NCBI GenBank assembly: GCA_001244265.2 | Contig: CDLV01000005.1 | Span: 1,240,001-1,304,000, forward strand | Direction of reading: 5' to 3' | DNA from: Microbotryum violaceum | Taxonomy: Eukaryota | DNA: 64,000 bases | Shown: piece by piece, positions 1 through 11,853 of the stretch | Layout: each line of letters starts with the position of its first letter | How positions within the stretch are numbered: the stretch's first letter is position 1 | The notes under the pieces: model-generated | Told to the model about the DNA's origin: nothing | The model's database searches: none | What the model saw: only the letters and a program-made list of their open reading frames with translations | Program-made: the position numbers and the translations under genes

Positions 1-147
1 GCTTCGCCCCGTCTTCTTGACCTCCTGCGACCACTTTGATCGCGGGAGGAGCTTCTCGCAGCGCTTGTCAAGTTGCCGGAGTGTTCAGACTGGTTACCGG
101 ACGTCTGTTCCTGGATCTTGGGCTCCTAGACTATACATCCGCAGCCC

Positions 148-2150
148 GTGATGCTCGCTGCACCACCCTCGATGTCCCCTTCGCAGCCAGTGGATGCGCA
201 CACTTTCCCGTCGACGATGCGACCGCAACCACCCCTTAAGCGCGCACACACCACCACGACCCCAACCGAGCAAACCACTACCACCCCTTCACCTCCCACC
301 AAACGTCCCAAACTCGCCACCTCATCCTCAGCAACAGCGAACCCGCTCGAGCTCAAGCCCCTAGGCAATCTCATATTCCGGCCCTCGGCACACCTGACTC
401 GTACACAAGGCTTGGGCATACTTTCGATCCTCCCTGACGAGTTGTTGTTGAGCCATATCTTTTCTGCGCTTGATGGGGAAGATTTGGTCCGGGCACAGGG
501 GGTTAGTAAAGCTTTTTTTGGGTGGACGAGAGTGGAAGGAATTTGGAAGGGGTTGTATATTGAGGTCAGTTGGGGCAGCAAAGAGGTTGCGAGCTCAAGG
601 GCAAGACCGCTCACTTGATTTCTCACACCACAGAGAACACGAGGTCGGCTCCACCGCTGGCGTGGATCCTGGCGGGCGTCCTACGTACGGACCTTCCTTC
701 TTCCTCCGAGCGAATCCTCCGACGGGGATGAACCCCTCCCCACCTCCCTCATCACGACCCCTTCCCATCATTCGGATGTTCTCTTCCAGCCCTGCCTTTG
801 CGCCGCTTTCGACCCCTGTCGTCTCTTCCGATCCAACAATTTCGTCTCAAACATCCCTCGCATCTCGGGAAAGAACCTCTTACCTTCCGACCTTCCTCAA
901 GAACCTTGCATCCTCACAGATCTGATGACCACTTGGTCCGCGATCGACCCTACCTCCACTCATCAATGGACCTTACCCCGTTTAGCCTCACGGTTCCCCA
1001 ACACTCTCTTTCGAGCCGAAGCGACCCTCACGACCCTCCCTTCTTATGAAACCTACCATGACCGCTGCGAACTGGACGAAAGTCCTCTCTACCTCTTTGA
1101 TTCCGAATACGTCAACAAGACTCAATCCCTGGATGCGGAAGGGAAGGATTTAGGTCTAGGAGGGGATTATGAAGTACCCCTTTGTTTTGGGGAGGATCTG
1201 TTCGGGGTGATGGAGGGGGAAAGACCAGATTATAGGTGGTTGATCGTGGGACCGACGAGGTCCGGTTCGGTAAGTGGGAGCCGGGCTCAAGGTTCGGACT
1301 CCTTGAGGCTGACCTTCTCGTTCCTTTTCCCCAAGACATGGCATCAAGACCCTAATGGTACCTCGGCCTGGAACGCCATCACCACCGGTTCCAAAGCTTG
1401 GATCATGTTCCCTCCTTCCCTTACGCCTCCCGGAGTTCATGTTTCGGAAGATCAAGGACAAGTGGAAGCGCCTTTGGCGTTGTCCGAATGGTTCATGAGT
1501 TATTGGGATTATGCGGTGGGGACTTATGGACCGCAGGGGAAGGATGCGGCGCTGAGGGATAAGATGAAGGTCGGGATTTGTAGAGAGGGGGAAGTGTTCT
1601 ATGTGCCTAGTGGGTGGTGGCATAGTGAGTTCCATCCCATTCCCAACGGTTCGGCCCAATGAAACTGATGAGAACCGGAATAATACTCCTTTTTGAAGTC
1701 GTCGTCAACCTCGAACCCTCCATCGCGGTCACGCAAAATTACGTCTCGCAATGCGAACTCGCTTCCGTTCTGCGCTTCATGCGCGATAGACCCGACCAAG
1801 TCTCGGGCTTCAAACGACCGCGAACCGAGCAAGATCAGACTCGAGAACTTGTTCAAAAAGAAGATTGCGATGAGCTTGTTTCGGATGTCTTCGAATTGTT
1901 CGTGCAGGGGTTGAAGAAGGAACATGGGGAGATGGTCGAGAAGGCTTTGGAGGAGATTGGAGGGATGAAGAAAGCGGTCTCGTCGGTCTCGGGGAGAAAA
2001 GAAGGAAACGGGGTGCACGACGAGAAGAGTGGGACGAAGGGCATGTGGGAGAAGGTGAAGGAGGATCAGGGGGACGAAGGCGGATTCTCGTTTGGGTTTG
2101 GTGGGGAGGAGTTTGAAGAGGAGGACGAGGAGGGCGGTTCGAGGTCTTAG
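148..2150 (+). CDS. F-box + JmjC (JMJD6-like) 2-oxoglutarate/Fe(II) oxygenase; 4 exons (introns ~565-633, ~1270-1335, ~1625-1698)
   Basis: F-box-like LSILPDELLLSHIF..L...DLVRAQGVSKAFF. JmjC motifs PLYLFD, RPDYRWLIVGPTRSGS|TWHQDPNGTSAWN (HxD) and GEVFYVPSGWWH|IVVNLEPSIAVTQNYVS. Frames join across canonical GT-AG introns. Confidence 0.9.
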
Positions 2151-2582
2151 TAGCCAGCCCCCTTTAGTGACTGCAAACCGCGCTGCTCTCGATCTCATAT
2201 TCATGTCGAGGCAACCTCGGGGCAGGCGGTCGGATTCGATAGCGAGTATTACAAACAACGCAGCTTACTGATCCAGAATCCCACATACACACATATACAC
2301 ACACACACATGAAGGGCCAAAAGTTATGCCACCCGGCGCACATAAGGGTCGAAGCGATCGCAGCGAATCAACGACGTCCAACCGAAAAAGACAGGATCCA
2401 AAAAAAAATAGGAGCGGAAAGAGAGCGAACTGGGTCTATGCGATATAAAGGGTAGACCAAGAGCTATGATGTGGGGTAGAATGGCGGAGTGTGCGCAAGA
2501 AGAAAGACAACGACGATGTAGATGCGAAACGGGGAATGCGGCCGAATGGCTTTCGGGAAGAGAGAAAGGGTGGTATAGTCCT

Positions 2583-5500
2583 TCACGAAGGACTAGGGAC
2601 TCGGCTATTCGTCGCCGAATGAGTTGTCGACGATGCCGAAGCGGCTTCGGCCCTAGCAGCGGTGGAGGGGTAAGGTCCAATCAATTGGCGCATTTGAACT
2701 CGAGAAGAGGATGAAGGGGTGATGGAGATTGGGGCAGCGGAAGCGCCGACGCTGTTGCGGCGCGCGACGGATCGACCGTGGCTCTTTTTCGTCGCGGACG
2801 GATCTTTAGGACCGCGGGCTCGATTGCGTTTCTGGAGACGGACGAGCAGGAAGAGTCAGTTATCTGTGAAAGATAGTAATACAGCATGTGGGGGCTCGTC
2901 CCTCACCTTAATCACACCAGTATTGAGGTTGGCGGGACGATCAACGCCATGCAAATTCCTGAACAATCCACAGGCGTTGCACAACGGACGCCCATCGGCA
3001 TCACGACGCCAAAGCGGTGTGTTCGTCGTCTGACAGTTCAAACACTTGACGACCTCCGGATCGCCTCCATCCGCAGAAGGTGTAGCCGACGTGGTTCCAA
3101 CGAGTGAAGGCGCAAGAGGTCGAACTTCTGGAATAGAAGTTTGCACCGAGATGGTGTTGCTCCTCGAGTGTGTGCGCGAAGCCGAAGCACCCAGGCCCTT
3201 GGGAAGCTTGGTTGACGTCGCTGATATACTCTCCAAGATGGGTGACAATGCCGCGTGGTGTCCAAGGCTGACGAGGTCAGGAGAGCTGGCAGAGACGCGC
3301 ACGTTCGAGCCCGTTTGAGCCTTGGGCGCCGAGGGCTGTTTGGGTCGACGTGGCACTGCAGTGGAGGATTTGATCGGACCGAGCTTTGAAGGAAGACCAC
3401 TGGCATCCGGCTTGGCGCCAGTTCCAGCCTGCGGTGGGTCCGGCGGTGAGGGCGTGCCGTGGCGCGACGCATCCCCGGGGCTGGTCAAGGCCAACGAAGA
3501 GTCCGAGTCGTAGGCAGCGGGGGTCTGTAGGAGGCTCAAAAGATGCGATGGATTGACATGGGTCATCGAAGCCGAAGGATCGAATGTGCCTTGACCAGCG
3601 GCCGAGGTACCCCCGAGGTAGGGCGATGTGAAGGCCGATCCCGCCGGTGTGCTTGCCAGGTCGGTGCGGTTGTAGTAATCGTAGAACGAGGCACTGTTGA
3701 CATCGGGGGTATCTTGATACAGCGAACCGATCGGGGAGTTGATGAAGCCATTGCCAGGGCCCGGCGCGGATTGAGGGTATGAGAAGGGATGGGGTGCATC
3801 GAATAAGGGTGTTTGCGGTTGCGAGTTGTGGCCGCTGTCGTCACGAGGGGATATTGTGCCCGAGGGTCGAGCGAGACTGAGTCCTGAAGGAGGCGCGAAG
3901 GCGAAAGGGCGCGACGACTGCGCAAGCGTGGCCGCGTTGAGGTACGCGCTCGAGGAAGCAGTCGAAGTCGAAGCTCGCCCCGCGTTCGAAGATTTGCGGC
4001 CCTGCAAGTCGCAACACCACGCCATTCCGTCAGCATCAAGACACCGCCTTTGCCCAATACACCCAACTCAACTCACCACCAAGAATTGCAGCTGCTGCTG
4101 CGCCAAAGAAGCATAGGCGCTATCCCCACTGGCTTTGCGCACTTCCGGGAAATTTGCTTCATCGGACCCAAAGCTCTTGGCCAGGCCAAGAAGACTCGAG
4201 CTTGGCGAGACGTTCGCCGATTGACGGCCCGATGAATGGGACTTTGAGTGGTTGGAGTTGCTCAACGAGTGCAGGTCGATGAGCTGATTAAGCGTGCTTT
4301 CAATCGCAGACAAGTTGGCACTGGCGGCGGGGTTGCCACCCGAGCCGGCCGCAAACGAGAACTGGGACCCCGAGTTGAGCGAGTTGCTTGTTGTCGCCGA
4401 GACCGTCGAGGTGCCCGAGATGGGGATAGCAGGCGCGCTTGGGTTCGAAGGAGCGGCAGGAGACCCGTGCGAGCCACCAAAGTCGGTCGAAGAGAGGTCA
4501 AAAGAGCTGAACATGTCGTCTGTCGCGCTGAGGCCGAGGGATGCGGCGAGCTGTACGTGAGCGGTCTGAGCCCCTGGGGGGTTGGAAATCGGGGTACTGT
4601 CGCCATAGAACCGGGAGAAGTTGGCAGTGGCAGTGGCAGAGTCGACAGTCGGAGGGGCGACCGAGACCCGGAAATCGGGTGCGCGAGAGCGGGACCTCGA
4701 GGCCGCTCGCCAGTCCATCGCATCGGGGGCTCTGGAACGGGATCGGGATTGCGACTTTGCTCGCCAATCCATGAAATCACTGTGGAGGCAAGACACGGGT
4801 CAGCTAAGGCATGCGAAGAGTGTAGGTTACGTTTGCGTCGGTACTCACTCCTCTTGTGCATTCTCGGGACTCTCACTCGCACTCGCCGAAGCCGTACCAG
4901 GTCCTGATCTCCCTCGACGACCCCTGGCCTCCTCTTCCAGCACGTCCCCCACAGGTCCGGACTTGGGCAGTCGAGCCGCTTCGTTCCGGCTGCGCAACTC
5001 CAAAACATCATCCTTTGCTTCTTCCCGTTCGGCTTCTGGTGTACTGATCGTCACGCCCGTCAAAGTCGGCGGGGGCATCGCTAGGGTATCCGCGTCCATC
5101 GTCGCAAAGGCGTTGGCTTCCGCCTCAGCTGCGGCCGTCTCTTCTCTCCGCTTCTTCAATGTCATGCTCATCAGCCTCCACGTCAAGTTCTCCATCCGCG
5201 CCCCGTTCGGCAACGTGTTCTTGGCCTTATTGAACATGCGCCAAACCTGGGCTGCGATCGGATCTTGACGACTCAACGCCTCTGCATTTTCGTCGTCGAT
5301 GATGGTCGAATCGGTCGGACTCGGCATCGAACCCAGGCCCGTTGCGGCTGGACTGGCTTTCCGACTTGTCGAACCGGCGTTGGACGTCTGGAGCAAGGCG
5401 GCGAAATCGATCGGGCTCGCTTCGTTCGAACTCGTAGTCCGCGAGGCCGGGGAGGCAAAGACGCTCTGGCCCAGCACCTCGGCAACGACCTTGGGGCTCG

Positions 5501-7328
5501 GCGTCGATTCGGCCGCGACCGCATTGGGTGATTGCGGTGATCCGTATCCACCGACCCCGTACGCGCCCACGCCCGTATGTCCTCGACGCGTCCTCGTTTC
5601 GGTCGACATCGCTGCTGCAGCGGCGGAAGCAAAGCCCATAGACGAGAATTGTTCCAAATCGTGCTCGAGCGACGAAAAGTCATAGTCGACGGGTGGTGGT
5701 GATCCGGCTTGCTGTGCTGAGGCAGACGCCGAAGCGGAAGCGGGAGCCGAAGCGACGGGTTTGGGTGATACCGGACGGGACAGGGGCGGGGTGGGGACCA
5801 CGGGAACAAAATGGGCCGAAATAGATGCCGCGCGTGAGTGGGCCGGAGACGTTTTCGTCGACAAGGACCCGCGCGGAAGCGTGGGAGGATTGGGGCCGGC
5901 GAACTCTGTCGAGGGTGAGGTTGTGGAGGGCGAGGCGAGGGGTGAGGCAGAGAAAGCGCCGGAGGTGCTGAGGCTCGGTGCAGTGCGTTGACGAGAGTGC
6001 GCGGCGCCACCATTTGCACCATTTGCACCTGCAGTCGACGCGGACATACCTCTTGCCGCCTTGATGAACGAGCTCGTCCGTCGTGGCCTCCCTTCGCCTC
6101 GGTTCGGTAAGTTGGAGCTTTGCGGGAGCGAACTGGACAGGAACGCAGCCCCTGCGCCATTGTCGGTCAGAGGTGAACCAACTGGTGACTGTGCGGCCGA
6201 AGATGTAGTCGAATACGCCTGTGACCGTCGTTGGGCTTCGAGACTGGCGTGCAGGGCGTACATGCTCGGGTCCATCAGCGGGTTCGCCATCGGAGATTGT
6301 CTGGGTGTGCCAAATGGCGAAGGGTATTGAGGTACGATTGGTGACGCATAGGGCGAATGGGAATGTGCGCGGGAATATCCGTTGTAGAGAGGGTACGGTT
6401 GAGCCATGGAAAGCCCCTGCATCGCCAAAGGCGGCAGCGGGCCGCCACGACCAAAGGCAGCGGCGTAGTTCGCAGCCTGGGCTTGGGCTGCGATCCACTC
6501 GGATTGACTGTAAGGTGAGCCCGCCGAGAGTGCCGAAGGTGTTCCTGGCGTTGTACTCGGTGGGGACAGACCTGCGCTAATGAGGGAAGCCGAAAGGGCC
6601 TGCATGTATGCTGCTTGCGCTGCGAGCTGGGCGTTGTAAATTGCCGCATCGATGGGGTCGAGTGCGGCTCGCATCATGTCTGGCATCGGAGCGGTACGGG
6701 TGGAATTCTGCTGTTTTGGTGCACTTGTTGTGGTTGCTGCTGCTGCTCCGCCTCCGGCGTCGACGGTGAACGGTGGCACGGCCGATGTCTTGCCTGGCGC
6801 CGACGGTGGTCCACTCATGTCGCACTGCGTCGAGTTCGCCGGCAGTTGGGGAAAGAAGGCCTTGCTCGCGAACGGGGGCGAGGTCGAAGGTGTGGACTCG
6901 GAGGTGGTGGTGAGGTCGTACGAGTCGACTGTGGGGGCGCCGACGGAGGAGAACGGGGATCCTGAATGGTGAGGCGAGTCGGTAGAAGCGGATGACCCCT
7001 CCGGCGTCGCGCCCGAGAAGCGCGAGCCGAGCAACACCGACGAAGCGTTAGGGATCGACGCCAGGAACGCAGCCGTCGAAGCGTTAGACGATGACGAAGC
7101 CTGTTGGTGGCTCAACGAGTTCGTGTCCGAGCCTACACCACCTTCTACGGTCGTCGTCGGTTGGGCGCCGCCGTCGCGAAGCGAGTCCGTCGAGTCGTGA
7201 ATGAAGGCGGAGAAATCAACGTCGCCTTCGTCGTCCTCGGATGCCGCAGCGTCGACGAACAGCCGATGCTCGTCACGAGTCGGCCGACCGACGCCCCAGC
7301 CTAATGCTTCGTACGACAGCGTCGCCAC
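2583..7328 (-). CDS. GAT1: AreA/Gat1-type GATA zinc-finger nitrogen regulator. The first AUG is at 6818; the coordinate given uses a proposed near-cognate GTG start at 7328.
   Basis: DUF1752-like [37 protein letters not shown] finger [50 protein letters not shown]. Last intron 2906-2832; TGA at 2585-2583. The 5' end is uncertain. Confidence 0.88.
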
Positions 7329-8554
7329 GATGTCGGAGCTCGAGAAAGCGGTTGCCAGTTGGAGGCGTTCGCTCGTCGGCGGTCGCAGCGGCGCAAGCGA
7401 GCAAGCAAGCTGGGCAAGCAACGGCAGTCAGGGCGGCGACAGCGGAAGCGGGTCAGTTTCAGTCCAGCTCCGACGTTGTTTGAGATACTCGACCGAGTCT
7501 CGGCACAGGGAGGTGCTCACTGTGTTTCAATCAAAGCCCACTTGCAAGGTCGTATGTCCTGAGCCAAGGTGATGTATGGAGAGCCTTCCGCGTTACTAAT
7601 ACCGATCGGTGGCCAGGTGAGACTGTCTTGAGATGGTTTGAGCAGGACCGTTGCCCGAGCCCATCGCCGCGGCCAGGCAGCTCTACCTGCGTCTGCCTGC
7701 ATAGGCATGCATCTGCCACAGCCTACTGCCAGCCTCTGCCAGCCTGAGGCTTGCTCGCGCGCCCGCGCCCACGGGCCACTCGCCCCACTGTGACTGCACG
7801 CAACAGGTGCTTTGTGCCTGGCCAACGGCCTTGATCGAGCTTCCCTGAAGCCGTGCGCATTGAGCGCGGTGGGAAGCTGGAGATGGCCACTCCCAAGTTG
7901 GAGTTGTAGGCAACTTTCCTCACAAGATGTGCTACTTTGAGGGCTGAAAACCCGAAAGGATCGTCTATTCGACCTCTTCTTCTAAGAAAAGAGGAAAAAC
8001 CCCGTGACTCCTTACGCCTCTCTACACGCCTGCCAGCTGGTGGAGTTCGCCATGTCCAGAGCGGAGCAGCAAATTAAACCGATCACCGGTTCCAGAGCTG
8101 CAGAGGGCGCCCGGACTTGTGCTGGCACCACTGGTAATGACAAGAGAATGCGGGTCCCAAAAGCATTCACTTGATTCATCCTTGTAGGTAACATGAGAAT
8201 AAAGGTAACCAAAGTTGTCCCAGACCGGCCTGCACACTCACCGAAGAAAGAATAGCGGATATCATCCCGACTCACACCGATACAGCGAGCTGCATGCACG
8301 CTGCGAGCGATCTGGTTGAGGATAGGAATCGGGCCAAGCCGGGTGGTATCTTTGACCGGGTAAATGACGGGCCGCCCAAACTCACCATGTCTTGAAGAAC
8401 TGGCAGTCCTCGAATCTCATTAAAAGCTCTACATCATTATGGGCGCTTTAAACCCAACTCCATTTTCCGGTGTAGGTCTAGACTCCTGAGCTAGTCTTAC
8501 CCCATGCCAATCGACTCGGGGGCCACCGGCAGCTAGGCAGCTCGCTCACCCGCT

Positions 8555-10123
8555 TCAGTGGAACGACACCTTTACGCCGACACCGAGTTGCTCCGCCATC
8601 TCGACCATCAACGCCGTGATCCCCACATCCATCCCACCGACCCCAACGCACTTGAACAACGACTTCCCATCTTGCCCACTCTTCAACCTGGCGATTAGGT
8701 CACACGCGTCGGCCGTCAAAGGGTTGCCGAGGACATCGACGATCTGGCCGAGCTCGATGCAGTTCTCAGGTACTATCCCGGCCGAGATCAGTTCGCCGGC
8801 TTCGGAAAGACAAGCGGGACGAGAGTCGACAAGGATGTAGGGGATGGGTGTCGGTGTTGTAGATGGTGAGACGAGCGAAGGGGGGAACTCGTGCATCGAG
8901 GGCATGTATGATCCGACTGCGCCGTCAGAGGAAGAAGAACAGGGGAAGAAGCCAAGCGCAGGGGGGTCAGCCACGCGAGACATCGAAGGAAACGGATATT
9001 ATTGCCTGCAAATAAGAACAAAAGGCGCAACTGGCATTGATGTGAACATTCGCTTTAAGATCCTTCGCCTCAAAGATCGGCGCTTTCGAGGGCACGCAGC
9101 TGAGCGAAGATATCTCATCAGCAGGAGTTGGGGGATCAGAGCTGGCCACGACTAACAACATCGCTCACCAGCAAATGATATCGGCTTGCTGTACACATTC
9201 GCTCGTCTTGTCGGTTCCAAGCACTTGGCTCTTGACGGTGGGGAATTGCCGACTGAGTTTTTCTATCAGCTCGGATGACCTTGATGAGGGGGATCGAACG
9301 ATGAAGCTGGCATGATTGATGGAGGGGAAGAGCTCGAGGATCAATCGAGCATGATAGTACGCCTGCGTCCCCGACCCGAAGACAACCAGCTGCTGGGATG
9401 TTGGCGCTGCCAAGATCAATGTCGCGAGAGCGGAAGCAGCACTGTGAAACGCGCATCGATCAGCGCGTCGAACTTTGGAAAGTTGCGCTGCTTTCACTGA
9501 CGCTGTTCGAAGTCCTGTCAGGGTGCTCGAATTGACCATAGCTTTGACTTGACCGGTTGATTCGTCCAGCAAGAGCGTCGTCCCAGGAAGGCCGACCTGG
9601 GCGTGGGGGGATTGGCTGTCGGGCACCGAAACGATCTTGACCGCGGTCATGGAGATGTTTTGCGATGTCGTCAATCGCGAAGGCATGTATCTGTAAGGAA
9701 ACGGGGGTTGATTCTCAGAGCTCAGTATTCTACGCTGGTACTGGACCGGCGCCTGTCAAATTGCGAACAGGGTTTTATGAAACTCCGACTGGGTAGCAAT
9801 GCGGAGTGGATTCTGCACCGGAGGTACGCCTTCGACGGGGGTCTCGGCCGCTTTAGTGATGGCGTGCATCGTTCTCCCGATCAGGTTGGCCTAAAAGAGA
9901 GTGCTGCTTCATCGTCAGTTCAATGAACCACGATGTAATCGTCGGTCCCAGGCACTGGTCAGCATCGCTCGACCGCCGCCGGGACCCGTGTGGAGCCACA
10001 GCTGCCGCAAGTCTGGCCATTTGTAGACTCAAGGAAGGGGCATGTGCGACTAACCAATGCTGATGCCGTGAGCGACTCGACAAGATCCGCGACATGTTGT
10101 GCGGAGAGCACCAGAACGGACAT
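8555..10123 (-). CDS. Ornithine cyclodeaminase / mu-crystallin (ketimine reductase) family protein, multi-exon
   Basis: MSVLVLSAQHV start; YMPSR...AVKIVSVP; LTGLRTA-AASALAT; Rossmann-like VVFGSGTQA; HINAIGSYMPSMHE; EAGELI; SLFKCVGVGGMDV at the C-terminus. Confidence 0.88.
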
Positions 10124-10402
10124 GGTCGATGCGATGGTGTGGTGGTGAGTCAAATCGAAAGCGCGCTGACGAGATCGTCATCAAGCCGGATCAAGGTTCG
10201 GCGCGCAAGGGCGCGCACTGTGCCCACGCGTCGCGTCGTGTTAGCGCCGGGCGACGGCCCAAGCTCAAGCTCCGACCAGCCGCCCCTTTATATGTGGCCT
10301 TTCCCCCCCCCCCACGGGATCCCCCTAGCTTCTTTTCATCCACGCCACAGCATCCACCGTCTTGATTTCCGAGAAGAAGCCCAGCTCAGTCATCTCACAG
10401 CC

Positions 10403-11853
10403 ATGTACGTTCCCGGACTGAATTCAGCCCCGCAGCTGATCTGCCCGGACCAACCTCGCCTTACGCGACCTCCGCCGTCACGCGCTCGATCCTCCGCCGC
10501 CGCACGACCACTAACCTAACTCATCTTTTCTCTCGCTGCTCGCAGGTCCGGATTTCTCTCTTCGATGGGAATTGGTGCGAACCGATCCAACTCCAAGTCC
10601 CCCTCGGTCCGACCTCAAGCGTTGCCAACAGGCAACTCGAGCAACGCGCCGTTCACCAACTCTGCCAACCCCGCCGGAGGAGCTACACGGGGGCAACAGC
10701 AGAATGACCGACTGTACCTCTGCTTGCCCTTCGTCAAGGCCGCTCTCGTCAAGGGCAACTTCAAGACGATCGTCGCTCTGCCGAAATGTGAGCCGGCACC
10801 ACCCACCACCCCGCATTACCCGTCGCGGCGCTGGGCAGCGAGGGCTGCCACGTACACTGGATCGGTTGGAAGTCGGTCCACTAATTCGGAGTGAATGCCT
10901 CTCTTTGATGTCAGATGTCGATGTCAATGAATGGGTTGCTGTCAACCGTGAGTGTGATAATGCCTCATCGCACACCTGTACCAGAGCTTGGTGCAGCGAT
11001 GTTCGAAGCTTCTGCGCGCTGCCTTCACACAAATTTAATCAAAATTACTGACCCCTCCTCGAGCACATTCAATCGATGCGGCAGTTGTCGACCTGTTCAA
11101 CAACCTCAACTTGTTCTACTCGGTCGTGACCGAATTCTGCACGATCGAGAATAATCCGACCATGTCGGCAGGCCCAGGGTCGGTGGTGAAGCTTTCTGCA
11201 TAGGCGGGGCGAGAGCCAAGCTGATCTTGCTATGCTCTTGAATCGTGAGGATAACAGGATGGACTACACGTGGATCGATGCGAACCGAAAACGCGTCAAG
11301 CTGCCCGCGCCTCAGTACATCGACTACGTGCTCACATGGGTCGAAGGTTTGATCAAGGACGAATCAGTATTCCCTACCAAAGCAGGTCAGTGCTATTTAG
11401 CTCAGCTCACGCGAATACCCATAGAGCTTGTGTTGACTCTGCTTCGCGATCACTTGGAATATTCGTTCGATCGTTTTAGGACGTGAATTCTCGCCCAACT
11501 TCCCCTCGGTCGCCCGACACATCTACACCCAACTGCTTCGCATCTTTGCCCACCTCTACCACGCCCACTATCCAATCTTCCTCCACTTGTCCTCAGAGGG
11601 ACACCTCAACTCTTTGTTCGCCCACTTCTTGACGTTCGGCAGGGAGTTCGATCTCTTGGAGGAGAAGGAGACTAGGGCACCCAAAGAGGGCTGGCCCTTT
11701 GTGATTGGGGATCTGATGGATGTGAGTCGACCCCTTCAGTCTCAGACCTTGGCGACAGGAGGCGCAGTGAGCTGACCCCAAATCATGTCTCGGCCTTGCC
11801 TCACCGAAACCGAACATCAGGCCTGGAAAGGACTCGGTATCCTCGAACCCTGA
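10403..11853 (+). CDS. MOB2: MOB kinase activator (Mob2/Cbk1-activator type), multi-exon
   Basis: LYLCLPFVKAALVKGNFKTIVALPK|YVDVNEWVAVN; PTMSAG; KLPAPQYIDYVLTWVEGLIKDESVFPTKAG; EGHLNSLFAHFLTFGREFDLL. Start codon is split AT|G by intron 10405-10545. Confidence 0.9.

Noticed and set aside
1270-1335. Stop-free in-frame introns (JmjC 1270-1335; AIM41 ~38498-38617) as regulated retention
   Set aside because: Expected by chance for some short GC-rich introns. In JmjC, retention would split the catalytic region, and there is no other support.
2281-2310. (CA)-rich tract and A-run between converging genes
   Set aside because: Ordinary imperfect microsatellite in a 3'-UTR region.
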